A DNA stretch of 63,707 bases, the filler included, from Saprolegnia diclina VS20 (taxonomy: Eukaryota): assembly GCF_000281045.1 (NCBI RefSeq). It is 5 parts of 3 records of this genome, joined end to end, with 100 filler letters (N's around TTAATTAATTAA, not from the genome) between each part and the next. Parts side by side here need not be neighbours in the genome. Positions count along the whole stretch, not along the records: positions 1 to 19,488 come from NW_008246217.1; 4 more parts are not named here. One strand, written 5' to 3'. The translations under genes were made by a program, and so were the position numbers. The notes beneath the pieces were generated by a model. It was given only the letters and a program-made list of their open reading frames with translations. It was not told where the DNA came from and made no database searches. Every line of letters starts with the position of its first letter. Position 1 is the stretch's first letter. Shown one piece after another: positions 1 to 11,618 of the stretch.

Positions 1-886
1 GCTCGTTCTGGCAGCCGCCTAGTAAGAACGCCCAACCAGGCAGGCGGTGTGGCTAAACCCTGACGCGTGTACCATTATTTGGCTCGCCATCAACGGTACG
101 CAGCTCATTGCGGCACGCCCTAGTGGCGTTGTGCCTCACAAGCTGGACGTGCTGTGTCACAACTGTTGGTCAGCCAGCTCAGTCAGCTTCGCTGTGGTGT
201 GGGTTGATATTGGCACCTTGCGAACCTGAGTTGCTTCATCAATATCAATTTATTGCCCTGGTTACATATACGGCAAAACACTACAAATGAAGCCCCAAAC
301 TTTGTCGTTTGCGAATTCTGGCACCCGACTCAAGCCGGTGCATCAAATCAGTGTCAACTCGCCCCATGCATGAGCATACAATCAAGATATTGTGCTTTCG
401 CTCTCCAACGCCTGAATGCACACTATGTCAAGAGTCGAGTGTTTCTGCCTGTGGCGCGCCACATGCACCTAACCCGTTTACAGTTCACCACGATCCGGTT
501 AATTGAATTAGCGGCTACAACCGGTTAAATGAAAAGTGCATTCCATTCGGTTTCACCCCAAACGGTTTCCGGAATTGAAACCGATACGCTTAGCAGTTGC
601 AACACTAGATGCACGCCCAGTGTCGCCATGATGTCAGACAACGCGTGGTGTTTGCCAACATCGCAGGCGATAGGATGCGAAGTGTTGCCTCTCGAAGAAG
701 CGTCGTTGTTGTTGTCGAAGTGAGTCTATTTAGACAGAATTTCCACTGAACTTTTTTTAGAGGTGGACTTTCGACGCAGAGCGTGTTGTGACTGAAGCCG
801 TGGCGAGGCGAATTGATGGCGCGAGCCGAAACGAGGTGGTCACGAAGCCAGGCGTCATAGCGCAGAACGTTCATCATATAGAAGAG

Positions 887-1195
887 TCACATCGCTTGGG
901 TATTCTGCAGTAATTGTTGAGGACGCAGCTTCGTCAAGAACGCGGCGCGAATGTCGGACACCTCGGGACGGAAGTCTCGTTCGTTTCGGGCGAGCCAGAC
1001 GGTGTGGAACACGGATGCCCGTAACGTTAGAATCGGCCACGGCAAGGCGAACGCAAACAGCGTCGAGGGGAGTTCCAGCTCCAGCGCGTCGACGAGCGGC
1101 CGAAAGATGGCCCAGACCGCGTGGACAAATTCGAAGCGGAAAAAAAGGTAGTAACACAATTTTGTACGTCTCGCGAGCGCCACAAGGGGGTAGCC
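887..1195 (-). mobile_element. Decayed non-LTR (L1/Tx1-like) retrotransposon fragment, C-terminal zinc-binding (zf-RVT-like) region
   Basis: Across a frameshift it reads PPCGARETY / LFFRFEFVHAVW ... WPIL..RASVFHTVWLARNERDF, matching the CxxC...ETxxHLFxxC...W and ..IW.aRN..iF pattern of L1-type ORF2 ends. No RT core is visible. Confidence 0.5.
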
Positions 1196-3032
1196 TTGGC
1201 CGTCGTCGCCAAGGAATTACAGTAGAGCGTGTAGAGCCGGGTGCGAACCGCGACGGCGTACATATAGTTGGCGTAGCGCGGTAGAATGTAGTCGCATGTG
1301 CGCTGTATGTGATCTTCGGGGAGCTTGGAGTCGAAGTGCCATTGTTGCGCACAGCTGTGTAAGGGTTTTTTCTATAGTGTAGGAGCTACTTGTTCTGAAT
1401 TGATATGTGACGCCACGCCACGGATCAAGAGCCAATTTTCAACGTGCGCGTCAGCAGTTTACGCTAATGCAGTGGCGGCAAGATCACTAGCATCCAACTA
1501 TTCTGGTATTCGTCTTCGTTCACCGGCTGCAACCACTAACTTCATGTCTTTGCCAAGAGCGTCATCCGATTTTCCCACTTTGCACTGGCGTCTCCGCCGC
1601 ATCGTGTAGACACTTTTCGTTATTAATGCTGCCGAAACAAAACGTGGCGTGCTATGCCCTGTGCGAAGCGTTTAGTACCAGTCCGCAGAATGGACGAGGT
1701 GCTCTAATCGTGGGTGCCGAATCGTTCGGGAGCAAACTACACGATCCTACAACAGTCGCGTAATGCACTGCAAAGCTTGCATCAGCGCCTCGGGTCTGCC
1801 CCAAAGCATTGCTCACGGCAAACATACACCAGCACTGTTTGACATGAAGAGCACTCGTGCGACTCGTGCGGGTTATCGAAATACTTCCGCGTCAACAAAG
1901 AGGGATTGCGTTCGATCGTCCACTCTCTGAAAATCTGAGAAGAGGCAGCGACGTCGATGGCGGAGTCATTCGCCCCACTTGCAACACTATAACACACGTG
2001 CAACTACGGCCATAAAACGCACAACAGATGCAAACTTACGACGGCTATCACTTGATTCGGTTTGCAAAGAGTGGACCCAACTGGCCACGGACCCTAGATT
2101 ACGTCAAACATTCGGAGTTTTTGGGATTGCGGGTGTGGGCTCCTTCTCGTTGGTACGCATGCTTCCGCTGACTACTACCGGTAGTCCATTGGTCATCGGA
2201 TCAGCATCGTTTTGCGGTCTTCAACCATGATGTAAGCCAAGCGAATAAGGTTCCGGACGGCGATCACTGTACCGTGGTGTGCGCGTATGTGGGTCCACAA
2301 TCTGGACCTCCTGTTTTCTATCGCGCGTCTGGTTCGTCTGGTTCTGGCCGCTAGTCCTCGTGTGACAGTCGGCAGAGTGGGATGATCCGCGACGGTAGTA
2401 GAAAGGCGGGACGCCATGTGGCCAAGGAGGGTAGGGGTGATGGCCCAAGATTCTTTTGCGCCCGACGGATGCGATGGATGCAAGGTACCGCAAGACAAAA
2501 AACCAATTCAATCCTTCCCAGACAGGGATGTGCCAGACGTTTACGGATCACTTGGCGCTTTGGAGCCTACAAGCCTTCGGACCATGCGGGGTCTTTTCTC
2601 CCATTCATCCGCAGTGGGACGATGCCCTTGAAGCGTTTTCGTATCTTTTAGTGCATCTCGCAAAAGCAGATACATGGGCGTAGCCGAAAGGTACAGTCTC
2701 ATGCGTACGTCTTGGACGAGAAATCAATCTGCGTGTTGATTTTCTAAAGTTTGCTGTTGTGGGTCTCCACTCGCAATGTGGTGGCCGATTTGAAATCGTT
2801 GTGGCCGTGTGAAAGACCATGCGATCCATGTCTACGCGACGGTTGCCTATTTTGCTGCGGCGGCCCGCGGCCATTGTGTAGAATATATTGTTTTCTGTAT
2901 AGAAACGAAACACTAACACATTTATATTTTGCATACAAACAACAAGTCTAATCCATGCTCTTTGGCCGCCGACACTGTATCTGGGTAGATCGATTCTCGC
3001 TGGTGCGCCCCGCGTTTCGAATGCCCACGTTT

Positions 3033-3103
3033 GGCCACGGAATGCGCCGATTGGCAATCGTTGGGGCCACGGAATGCGCCGATTGGCAATCGTTGGGGCC
3101 ACG
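3033..3103. repeat. Perfect 32-bp tandem repeat (2.2 copies) containing ATTGG (reverse CCAAT), upstream of the WRKY19-like gene
   Basis: GGCCACGGAATGCGCCGATTGGCAATCGTTGG starts at 3033 and 3065, with a partial third copy at 3097. Confidence 0.95.
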
Positions 3104-3261
3104 TATGCCAGCTGGTGCAGTTGTAGCCACACTTGGTGGAATCATCACGGATGGATCTGCGGCAGCAGGAAATTCGTCCGCAGCTCCTGGTTGACGACGA
3201 CGAAGAGTGTCACTCTCGAATTCGACGCCTTTTGCGCACATCGACGAACACACTGTCGTCC

Positions 3262-3882
3262 ATGCTCACGGTTTGCTACTTCAAGGATTGCCATCAACCG
3301 GTCCAACCTGGCTCGTGGAAGTGCATTTACCACCGCCGCCGGACTCGTTGCCTCGTTGAAGAGTGCACCAACCAGGTCTACGCGCGCAACCTCTGCGTGC
3401 GCCACGGCGGCCAAAAGTCGTGCTGTGTCCAGGGCTGCTGCCGCAACGCCCGTCAAGCCGGCTTTTGCTACCGACACAGCGGCGACGACAGCCGGAGGCG
3501 GTGCTCCTTCGCTGGATGCGTGCGCAAGGCGATCCTCGGCGGCAAGTGCATTAGCCATGGCGGCGCCAAAATGTGCACGATCGAAGGCTGCTCGTCGCAC
3601 GTACGCAAGAAGGGTCTTTGCTGCCGTCACTACCGGCTCTGGGCCGCCGACGAAGAGAAGAACAAGGCTAACGCACCAGCTTCGGGCCTCGTGAAGGCCA
3701 ACCCGACGGCGATGATGCAGACGCAAGCCGCGACTTCCGTTGTTTCGAGCGACGACGACGACAACAGCTCCGACGACGGCGAAATGCTGGACCTCATCGA
3801 CGCCAACTTTATTGACCAAGTGTTTTACGACGTCGTCAAGGACGAAGTGCGCGCATGGCCTGGCGCGCCGCCTCAGTGTTAA
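3262..3882 (+). CDS. WRKY19-like Cys/His zinc-finger repeat protein (oomycete-expanded family)
   Basis: ATG 3262 (MLTVCYFKDC). Repeated C-x4-C-x9-C-x2-H(GG) units such as CLVEECTNQVYARNLCVRHGG and CSFAGCVRKAILGGKCISHGG, followed by an acidic tail. Confidence 0.85.
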   Translation: MLTVCYFKDCHQPVQPGSWKCIYHRRRTRCLVEECTNQVYARNLCVRHGGQKSCCVQGCCRNARQAGFCYRHSGDDSRRRCSFAGCVRKAILGGKCISHGGAKMCTIEGCSSHVRKKGLCCRHYRLWAADEEKNKANAPASGLVKANPTAMMQTQAATSVVSSDDDDNSSDDGEMLDLIDANFIDQVFYDVVKDEVRAWPGAPPQC

Positions 3883-6571
3883 CAAGGCACCCCATAGACG
3901 CTAGAATTAGATAGAATAGGCTTTATGATAACAACCTATGCAATACAGACTCATACACTACACCCCAAGGCCTCCCTCTATCCCAATATTCCGCCGCCGG
4001 CCTATTGTACATGGTTCCGGCAGCTCGCAAGCCTCGTGCAAGAGGCCAAAGCAAATCGCAGCATCGGCCGCTCCTGCAGAAGCGACCCAAGAGAAATGTG
4101 ACAGTCAATGTGGTAATGGGTCCCATATCTACGGCTTGTCTCAGGCGTCGTCTCATCCAAAAAGGCGCGAATCATGGCAAGCTCTGGCGCATGGGCCAAA
4201 TGGATTGCGGAGGCAGCTGCATCCTCAGAGCTCGCGTCGTGGGACTGTGACCTACTTGGAAGCCATGTGGCCGCGACGTCTGGGGTCAGGAAGCGAGCTC
4301 AGCCTTGAAGTCGATGCCTTCTTTTGACCTTGGCACCCATACGCCTCTCGCGAGGGATGTGGCTGCGCACAGACGTTGTCGTTGCACTTCCTGCGCAGAT
4401 GTACACTGCGGCGCGGCTGTGTTTACTAAAGCTTTCGGTACCACTTGTGTGGCTACCACGCGCCCAGCGCAGTGGGATCTGGATTTCTGAGAAGAAACCA
4501 GATTAGGCGATGGGCGCCGTACGTGGAGTCTTTTTAGCCACGTCCACGAACGCAAACATCCAGTGCGCTCGCCATGATTGCGTCCGAGGGGCGATTAACG
4601 CCCGTAGGCAGGTCGCTTCGTGTCCCAAGGATGACGAGACGTCCTGAGTCCGCAGGAACCGACGTTCCGCAGTCGCAATGGTCACCTAATTGCCCTGGCG
4701 CAGGCTCACATTACAGCCGCTGATCTCATTTCGATGGAGTTCGCGCTGTTTACGACGATCTTGTTCGTTCGAAAGCGACCTTCCGTAATGGCTGCCACCG
4801 TACCTGTATCCTGCGCGCGTGCGTGATGGAAGCGGCACCGCGCGCTGGGACACTGAAGGGGCCTCTCCCTATCTATGTGTGAGCAGTGAGTGTATGCAGC
4901 GCTCACGCCCCGATCCTCCATGCTGCCAAGCCAAATAAGAACAATCGTCCTACTTTACAGCCAGTGCATCTCATCCGGGCCTGGTTTAGTGTCGCACCAC
5001 TCACGGCGAGGTGCTCGCTCCGAGCCCACATACGAGTGTGCTCTCACAGACGCACGTATGATGAAATACCCTGTTGGGGCAACGTCGAGGCCGCAGAAAA
5101 CGAAATAGCACCCGCGCCTGTCGATGTCCAGACTCAGATTATTGTTGACGCCGCTTCGCGGCCAATCAGATTGAAGCGCTGTGATCTTAGGTTGGAAGGC
5201 GTTTTTGCCACGTATACGCGAGGCGAGGGCCAGTGCTCGCACGATGTCATGCTTTGTTGCATTATGAGCAACTCGAGAGTGTGTGAGGGCTACCGCGATG
5301 AGCCGTGGTGGCAGTGTGTACGGCATAGAAGGAGAGCTTCCTGAAGTTCCAGTTGTGGACGTGAACGATCCCTGCGCGGACGTCACGGCAATGATCACTT
5401 GCAACGAGCGTCCACCTGGCCAAGGCTAACGTCACAAGAGAGGAGTAGCTTTTCATGTGCACGAGCAGTGCTCGGTCTACGACACACTGTACCGTTCTCC
5501 GTGGCCTGTCGGTGTCACGAACTGTCATATAACGGTATGTGCCTATATATGTTTGTTTCATCAAACGATGAAGCCGATGTCTGTTGAGTAGTACCGCAAA
5601 AGACGCAGGTATATTGTGGCTGAAACGAGTTATTCGCATGCAATTGTAAAGATGGGGACTTCCAAATGCGCTCGCGAGGCGTGCTGCATCAAGCGAAGTG
5701 TATTAGTGGTCGTCTTGTTGACGTTTACGTGAAACGAGGCAGCGCGCACACCAAGGGTCGTCACCGAGAGCGCTTAGCGACGCGACGAGCGATAGCACCA
5801 GACGAACAAGCGTGCCATATTGTTGTAGCTGCAGGCATGGTGTCCTCATATCAAGCGCAATGTTGTCGCGAAGTGCACTGCGTTGCTGGTGAAAGGTCCT
5901 TTTTGATACGATTTGCATTGAAGACACAGGGCTGAACTTTCAATCCGCGCTGTGAACGGGTGAGGCACTGGTGTTGTGGACTCGATGCGTGCAAATGGCG
6001 AGGTAAAGTGATGTAGTCGCGGAGCCAGTCTCTGTGGCGGTTATCAAGTCGAAGAGATGCATCGCGTGGGAGTTGTCAAGCGTGGGAGTTGTCAAGAACA
6101 CAACGTTATAGGCGGCCGTCTCGGCGAACGACTCGGCTGTCAACTGTGATCTCTCCTTGTGGCACAACTACGTTCCGACACCAAGTGCTCCGCTCAATTG
6201 CAAGAGAATTGCGACGAGTATTCGTCCTCGAATGGCATGGACTCGTGGGTACGTGAACCGTTAAATTTTCAATAACACCTGCCACTCTCCTTCCACTACC
6301 AGACGAAACCCAGCATTCATCTGTGTCGGCAAAGGCAGCCACGTATTGAAACTGGCTGATGCAATTCGGCCAGAGGCCTAGCGGTGGCCGGCAGAAACAG
6401 CCAAGGCACCACCGAGCGTCAAAAGGCGCAACCCCTGGATCTCAGCAACCGAGCCATGAACGAACTGTGTACACCCATCGCTTGATGCTCTTGCGTGCGT
6501 CGCTGCCAACACGACATTGCTTTTAGAATGCTACTTAGTTATATTGCGACGAGGTCCAAACAAAGAGAAAT

Positions 6572-7389
6572 TTACTGGGCCGACTGGATAATGTCGACAA
6601 ACTCGGGCTTGAGCGAGGCGCCGCCGACGAGGAAGCCGTCGACGTCGTGGAGCGCAATGAGTTCGTTGCAGTTCTTGGCGCTCACCGAGCCGCCGTAGAT
6701 GATGCGCAAGTTGGCGGCGACCTCGGGCGAGATCGTCGAAGCGATCCACGCGCGGAGGTTCTTGTGGGCGTCCTGCGCCTGCTCCGGGGTCGCGACGACG
6801 CCCGTGCCGATGGCCCACACGGGCTCGTACGCGACAACGATGCGCGACCAAAGGTCTTCCGTCAAGAGGTCGGCGACGGCCTTGAGCTGGCGCGTCAAGA
6901 CGTTGAGCGTCTGGTCGGCCTTGCGCTCCTCGAGCGTCTCGCCAATGCACACAATGACGTCGAGGCCCTGGTCCAAGGCGCGCTTGGTCTTCTGGGCGAC
7001 GATCGTGTCCGTCTCGCCGTAGAGCGAGCGGCGCTCCGAGTGACCAACAAGCGTCCACTGCAGGCCCAAGTCCTTGAGCTGCTCGGCGGCGATCTCGCCC
7101 GTGAAGGCGCCGGGGCCGGTCAAGCTCACGTTCTGCGAGCAGACACGGATCTCGGGCTTGAGCTGGGCCTGGGCCGTCGCGACGAAGAGCGCGGGCGGCG
7201 ACACAATCACCTCGACCGAGTCCGTGTCGACCGTGACGCCGTTGAGCATCTCAATCAACGAGGCCACCGAGCTCTGCGAGCCGTTCTACACAGATACATC
7301 CCATGAGCCTCCAGATCGCAGGCAGGGAGATGCAGGGTCATGGTACGTACGCACTTCCAGTTGCCGCCGATCACGTACTTGCGGGCCAT
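6572..7389 (-). CDS. TPI: Triosephosphate isomerase (2 exons: 7389-7351, 7285-6572)
   Basis: MARKYVIGGNWKC|NGSQ joined across a 65-nt GT..AG intron (7350-7286). Catalytic motifs NWK, GHSERR, AYEPVWAIGTG, YGGS and FLVGGASL are all present. Confidence 0.98.
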
Positions 7390-8307
7390 CTTGTTGCTTC
7401 TTGTAGTCACTTGGGAAAAATGAAAATGACCAAAAATGAGCCGCCGAAAATGATTGACGCGGGCGCATCGACACGCACCGTCAGGGAATCAACCAATCAT
7501 CGCATTGGATACGCTGTACGAGCGTACGATTGGCGGATGAAGGTCGGTTTGGGTCTCCTTTTTGGCAAATCAGATGCTCCACTGGGGCAGAGGCGAAGGC
7601 CATTGGGCGAAACTCGAACACAAGCCCGTTGCGATGACAAAGAAGTTGCGTCAGTCGCAGACTCTTGGGTGACATTGTGAAGGCACGGAAGAGGAGGAGG
7701 AAGTGACTCGACTCTAGTGGGGCCGACGACAGCGTCGCCATCAAGCAGCATAGACGCGAAGACCACCGCATAGCAGGGCGGTCGAGCCCCGCTTCATCCC
7801 CGCGTCTCAAACAACTTCTCTTATATTCACGAAAAGGACCAAGCAGTATAGATAGCATGGCTCAAGTGTGGGTGGTCAGGCAGTGCTGCGAAAGCATGTA
7901 TCGGACAGGCGGACGCATCCATTCGCCGTCGCAAGTAGGCGGGCGTCAGCAGCATGAGAGACCACGCACCGACACATGTCCACTGTAGTAGTCTCTCTAG
8001 CTGACGTGTGGGTATCGAGCTGGGCACGACGCAGCGTTACCTTGTCGTTGGGATGCCGAGCCATAGGCTGCATGGCCGCGTTGCGAGACACAGCGTGGTC
8101 GAATCTGTGTCACCTAGATTCCGATGAATTCAGTGGCAAAGAAGATCCTGGGGACATCCCTCGCGACACGTGGCGCCTTGATCGTGCAGCATGCAGCTGC
8201 AGCACCCAATCGCCTCTTGGGTGCATTTAACTTTGCAGCTCTGTACACAACACACACACAGCCGTCCTCAGCACACATACTGCGTGTTCTTCGTTAGTGC
8301 AGTCTCA

Positions 8308-8378
8308 TGGCCGCGCGCGTGGTCGGCTCCGCTTCTTCAAAAACGATTTCGAAACGGAGCGTCATGCTGCGGCGGCCA
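8308..8378 (-). promoter_or_regulatory. SECIS element (type II) in the 3' UTR of the thioredoxin reductase
   Basis: The mRNA reads UGGCCGCCGCAGC-AUGAC-GCUCCGUUUC-G-AAA-UCGUUUUUGA-A-GAAGCGGAGC-CGAC-CACGCGCGCGGCCA. This gives helix I, the UGAC/CGAC non-Watson-Crick quartet, a 10-bp helix II, unpaired AAA and an apical mini-stem. Confidence 0.9.
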
Positions 8379-8466
8379 CCCACGGCCAAAGCTGTCCCTT
8401 GGCCGTAGCACGATCATCACATGGAATACGATCTACTCGCGTGTGCCGGTGGGCGTTCACCGCCCG

Positions 8467-8496
8467 GCCCTTCTCCGAGGCATCTCGGAGAAGGGC
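8467..8496 (-). promoter_or_regulatory. Perfect 13-bp hairpin starting 6 nt after the Sec UGA (candidate Sec redefinition element)
   Basis: mRNA GCCCUUCUCCGAG-AUGC-CUCGGAGAAGGGC directly follows UGA GGU UAA. The hairpin is visible in the sequence; its function is inferred. Confidence 0.55.
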
Positions 8497-10375
8497 TTAA
8501 CCTCAGCAGCCCGCCGCGGACGCATCGAGCCCGCTCTCCTTGGTGATCTCGAGCGTCGTAAAGATCTCGGCCGTCGTCGGGTGGATACCGACCGTGCTCA
8601 CAAAGTCTTCGTAGCTCGCGTTGAGCTTGATGGCAATGCCAACGGCCTGGGTGACCTCGCCGGCGTTCGGGCCCAGGTAGTGGAAGCCAACGACGCGGTC
8701 ATTCTGCGTGCGGTCGACGATGAGCTTGCAGTAGCACTCCTTTGCAAGGGCGCGGTCGTGCGAGAGCGACCACTCGAGCGGCGTGAAGCTCTGGTGGTAC
8801 ACGCCGAGGTTGTCGGCGCCAATCGCCTCGACCGCCGCATCTTCCGAGAGGCCGCAGCAGCCGTACTCGATGGGCGTAAACACCGCCGTGCACACCTTGT
8901 CGTACGCCATCAGCGTCGCGCTGTTGTCAAAGAGGCGCTTAGAGAGAAGGCGCCCCGCTTGGATCGCCACCGGCGTGAGCTCCGGCCCGTCAATGACGTC
9001 GCCCACCGCGTAAATGTGCGGCGTCGACGTCTGCTCGTGCGTCACGGCGATGCGACCCGTCTTGGGGTTGAGACCGACGCCGGCCGCGGACAAGTTGAGG
9101 CCCGAGACGTCCGGGTAGCGCCCCGTCGCGTTGAGCACCGTGTCGTAGATGCCTTCGCCAAACGTGTGCGTCACCTTGAGTTGACCGTTCGGGAGCTGCT
9201 CGATCGAGGTGGGCACTGCGCCCTTGATGAAGTTGATCTTGGCTTCCTCTTCCATGTACGTGCCGATGCGGGCCGCCATGTCCGTGTCAAAGCCGCGGAG
9301 GAGGATCGAGCGCACCATGACGGTCACGTCAAAGCCCTGGCCCTTGAGGAAGCCAGCACACTCAAGCGCCACGTACGACGCGCCGACAACGAGCGTCTTG
9401 CCCGGCGGCGTCGGGCGTGAAAAGATGTCATCGGACGAGATCGCGAGGTCGGCGCCGGGGCAGTCGAGCGACTTGGGGCGGCCGCCCACTGCGATGAGCG
9501 CACGGCGGAACGTCACGTCTTTCGGCGGCTTGCCCTTCGCCGGGTTGGTCAGCGTCAGGGTGTGCGCGTCCTTGAACGTTCCGAGAAAGTTCTCGTACTT
9601 GACCTTCTTGTCGCGAAGGTCGACTCGGTACTTGAAGTTCAGGCCGTGGATGTAGTCCTGGACAGACGTGATGAGCTTGGTCCAATCAAAGGTCGCGTTC
9701 GGCACCGCCCAGCCAAAGGCTTCAGCGTCCTTGTGAAGGAGCTCGCCCATGATCGCGCTCTGGTGCATGAGCTTCTTCGGGATGCAGCCGACGTTCACGC
9801 ACGTGCCGCCGAGGCCCCACGTTGATCCTTGCGGCGACGGCTTGACATAGTCGAGGACGAGCACCTTCTGGCCGTACTTGGCCGCTTCCTTGGACGCGGC
9901 GAGACCGCCCGAGCCGCCACCAATGACGACGAGGTCCCAGTCGTACGTCGCGCCGTCGTCCACGTCGTTGGCGTGCACATTGCGGGCAGGCGCCGACGGC
10001 GCGGCCGCACTCTGCGTGCGCGACCGGAAGAACGCGAGCGTGTCGTCGCAGCCGCCGACAAACTTGGTGCCAGCGCCGTCCTCAAGGTAGCAGAACGGCG
10101 ACGTGTAGTGGTTCGTGGCGCGCGCGTCGCCCACAAACTGCGTCGCGAACGTGCTTTGCGAGGTCTCGAGCCAGTCGTTGAACGACTGCTTGGTCGCATG
10201 CTCATGAATCGTGGCCTTGACCTGGCCCGGGAACAGCGTTTGCATCGAGACCGCGACGTTGGCCGCCCGCTCGTAGTACGGGCCTACGACGCATGCATAA
10301 GTACTGACGACTGGTAGCGGGCACAGGCGACGTACAGCTCTTCCAGCCCACGACGTGGTAGTTGACCGAGGACAT
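8497..10375 (-). CDS. TXNRD: Selenocysteine-containing high-Mr thioredoxin reductase with an N-terminal glutaredoxin-fold domain (TGR-like), ~608 aa; exons 10375-10336 and 10283-8497; Sec at 8505-8503
   Basis: FAD-binding VIGGGSGG, redox centre CVNVGC, NADPH-binding GASYVALE and GIHPT..E are present. The C-terminus reads GGC TGC TGA GGT TAA (GCUG-stop), with a SECIS downstream. Removing a 52-nt GT..AG intron (10335-10284) gives MSSVNYHVVGWKSCPYYERA. Confidence 0.93.
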
Positions 10376-11618
10376 TGTGCTGCTGCTGCGCCAAGTCGAA
10401 CGCTGCCCAACCCTCGAAATTCGAACTGAGCGGCTCCACATTCGGCTCAAACTTCGCTTTTGAGAAACCGCTGTGGCCACGCACACTGACTCCGCTCTGC
10501 GTTTCTTCTAACCGAAATGTGATATCCGGATCCGGCAAGTTGACCATGCACGTTGACCACAATTCGTCATGGGCAGATCTCGAGCGATTCCCGCGTTTCG
10601 AGGGCCCTATGAGCATACGGACTCCTTTAAACTAGCACTGGCTCACGCATTTGTGAAGCTCCTATTGGCCAGTCCGTCCATTCAAGCATGCGACCAGAAT
10701 GACTGGCATCGTTTAGGGGCTGGCACGAGCTCCAAGAAGTAGACTCGGCATACATGTGTAGATGCCGTTTGGTCTAACATGTACCTATGGCTACAGTATG
10801 ACTGTACCAGTAGCTGTGTTGGGCTGATGCAAGTAAAGGTAACGTTGCTGCTAAGCTTGGCGTCCCTTGGCACGTTTGCGATGACGGCGGAGACTACATC
10901 TCCTAACCGACACTTGAAGCACTGTTGAGTTTGAGTTTGGTGAGCGGCCTTTCCGAAGTGGTGATGAGTTATGTAATATGGCGTGGGGACCGGCAACTGC
11001 AAGCACTTTGCCCGGCGTCATGTGTTGGAACGAATGGACGAGGCCTCGCAGATGCCATGGACCGTCGGTTCGCGAAGCCCACCTCGCTCTGCACATGTTT
11101 CCGACTGCATGCAGCTACGGTATATTGACCCATGATGCAGCACATCACGCCACGTACTCTGGACATAACTCTAGCATTCATTCACTCACTAGCCTACGCA
11201 CGGTAGTATAAGGCACAATCTGTCGTTATTCTCGACGCTTCCTGGCTCTGCAATCCGATGTGGTAGCAAACCTTGCGTCATTTACACTGGGCAACGACAG
11301 CCAAGGGGTTTGTAGATCAACGACATCCACGGTTTTTGTAGATCTTCTACTTGTAGTTGCCCCGCGACTTGATCACCACGAGACCGGAGATGAGAGAGGC
11401 GATCAAAGAATGGTAAAGTCTACTTCCGGTTTAATTTGACCACTAAACTGGTGGACGGAGCGAACGTTTTCGAGCCAGTATCAAAACCGAGTGGAGAAAT
11501 CAAAGGATCGATACATCGACATGACGTTTGATTTCAACAATTTGTGAAAACTTCGAAAGTACTCTCATGGTCAAGGGAGATCTCTCACCGAAAAGCTTTG
11601 CGCTTGCGTCGAGGAGCC

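Noticed and set aside
470..595. Cluster of AACCG/CGGTT motifs resembling hAT subterminal repeats
   Set aside because: No matching TIR pair or 8-bp TSD could be identified.
3033..3103. 32-bp repeat as a CRISPR array
   Set aside because: The units are contiguous with no spacers, there are no cas genes, and the context is eukaryotic.
6064..6096. 16-bp direct duplication GCGTGGGAGTTGTCAA x2
   Set aside because: An isolated slippage-type duplication with no further structure.
1700..6500. Short ORFs in the intergenic stretches flanking the WRKY19-like gene, some Cys-rich
   Set aside because: No recognisable domain or consistent codon bias. Possibly decayed repeats, but unsupported.
8191..9420. 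Long antisense ORFs (also 15929-16957, 30758-31747, 51316-52425, 55018-56031 and others)
   Set aside because: These are shadows of GC3-rich genes on the opposite strand and show no independent motifs.
10376..10410. ORF-track N-terminus MGSVRLG... of the thioredoxin reductase
   Set aside because: It uses a non-ATG start and reads through the intron. The spliced ATG 10375 model restores CPYY.
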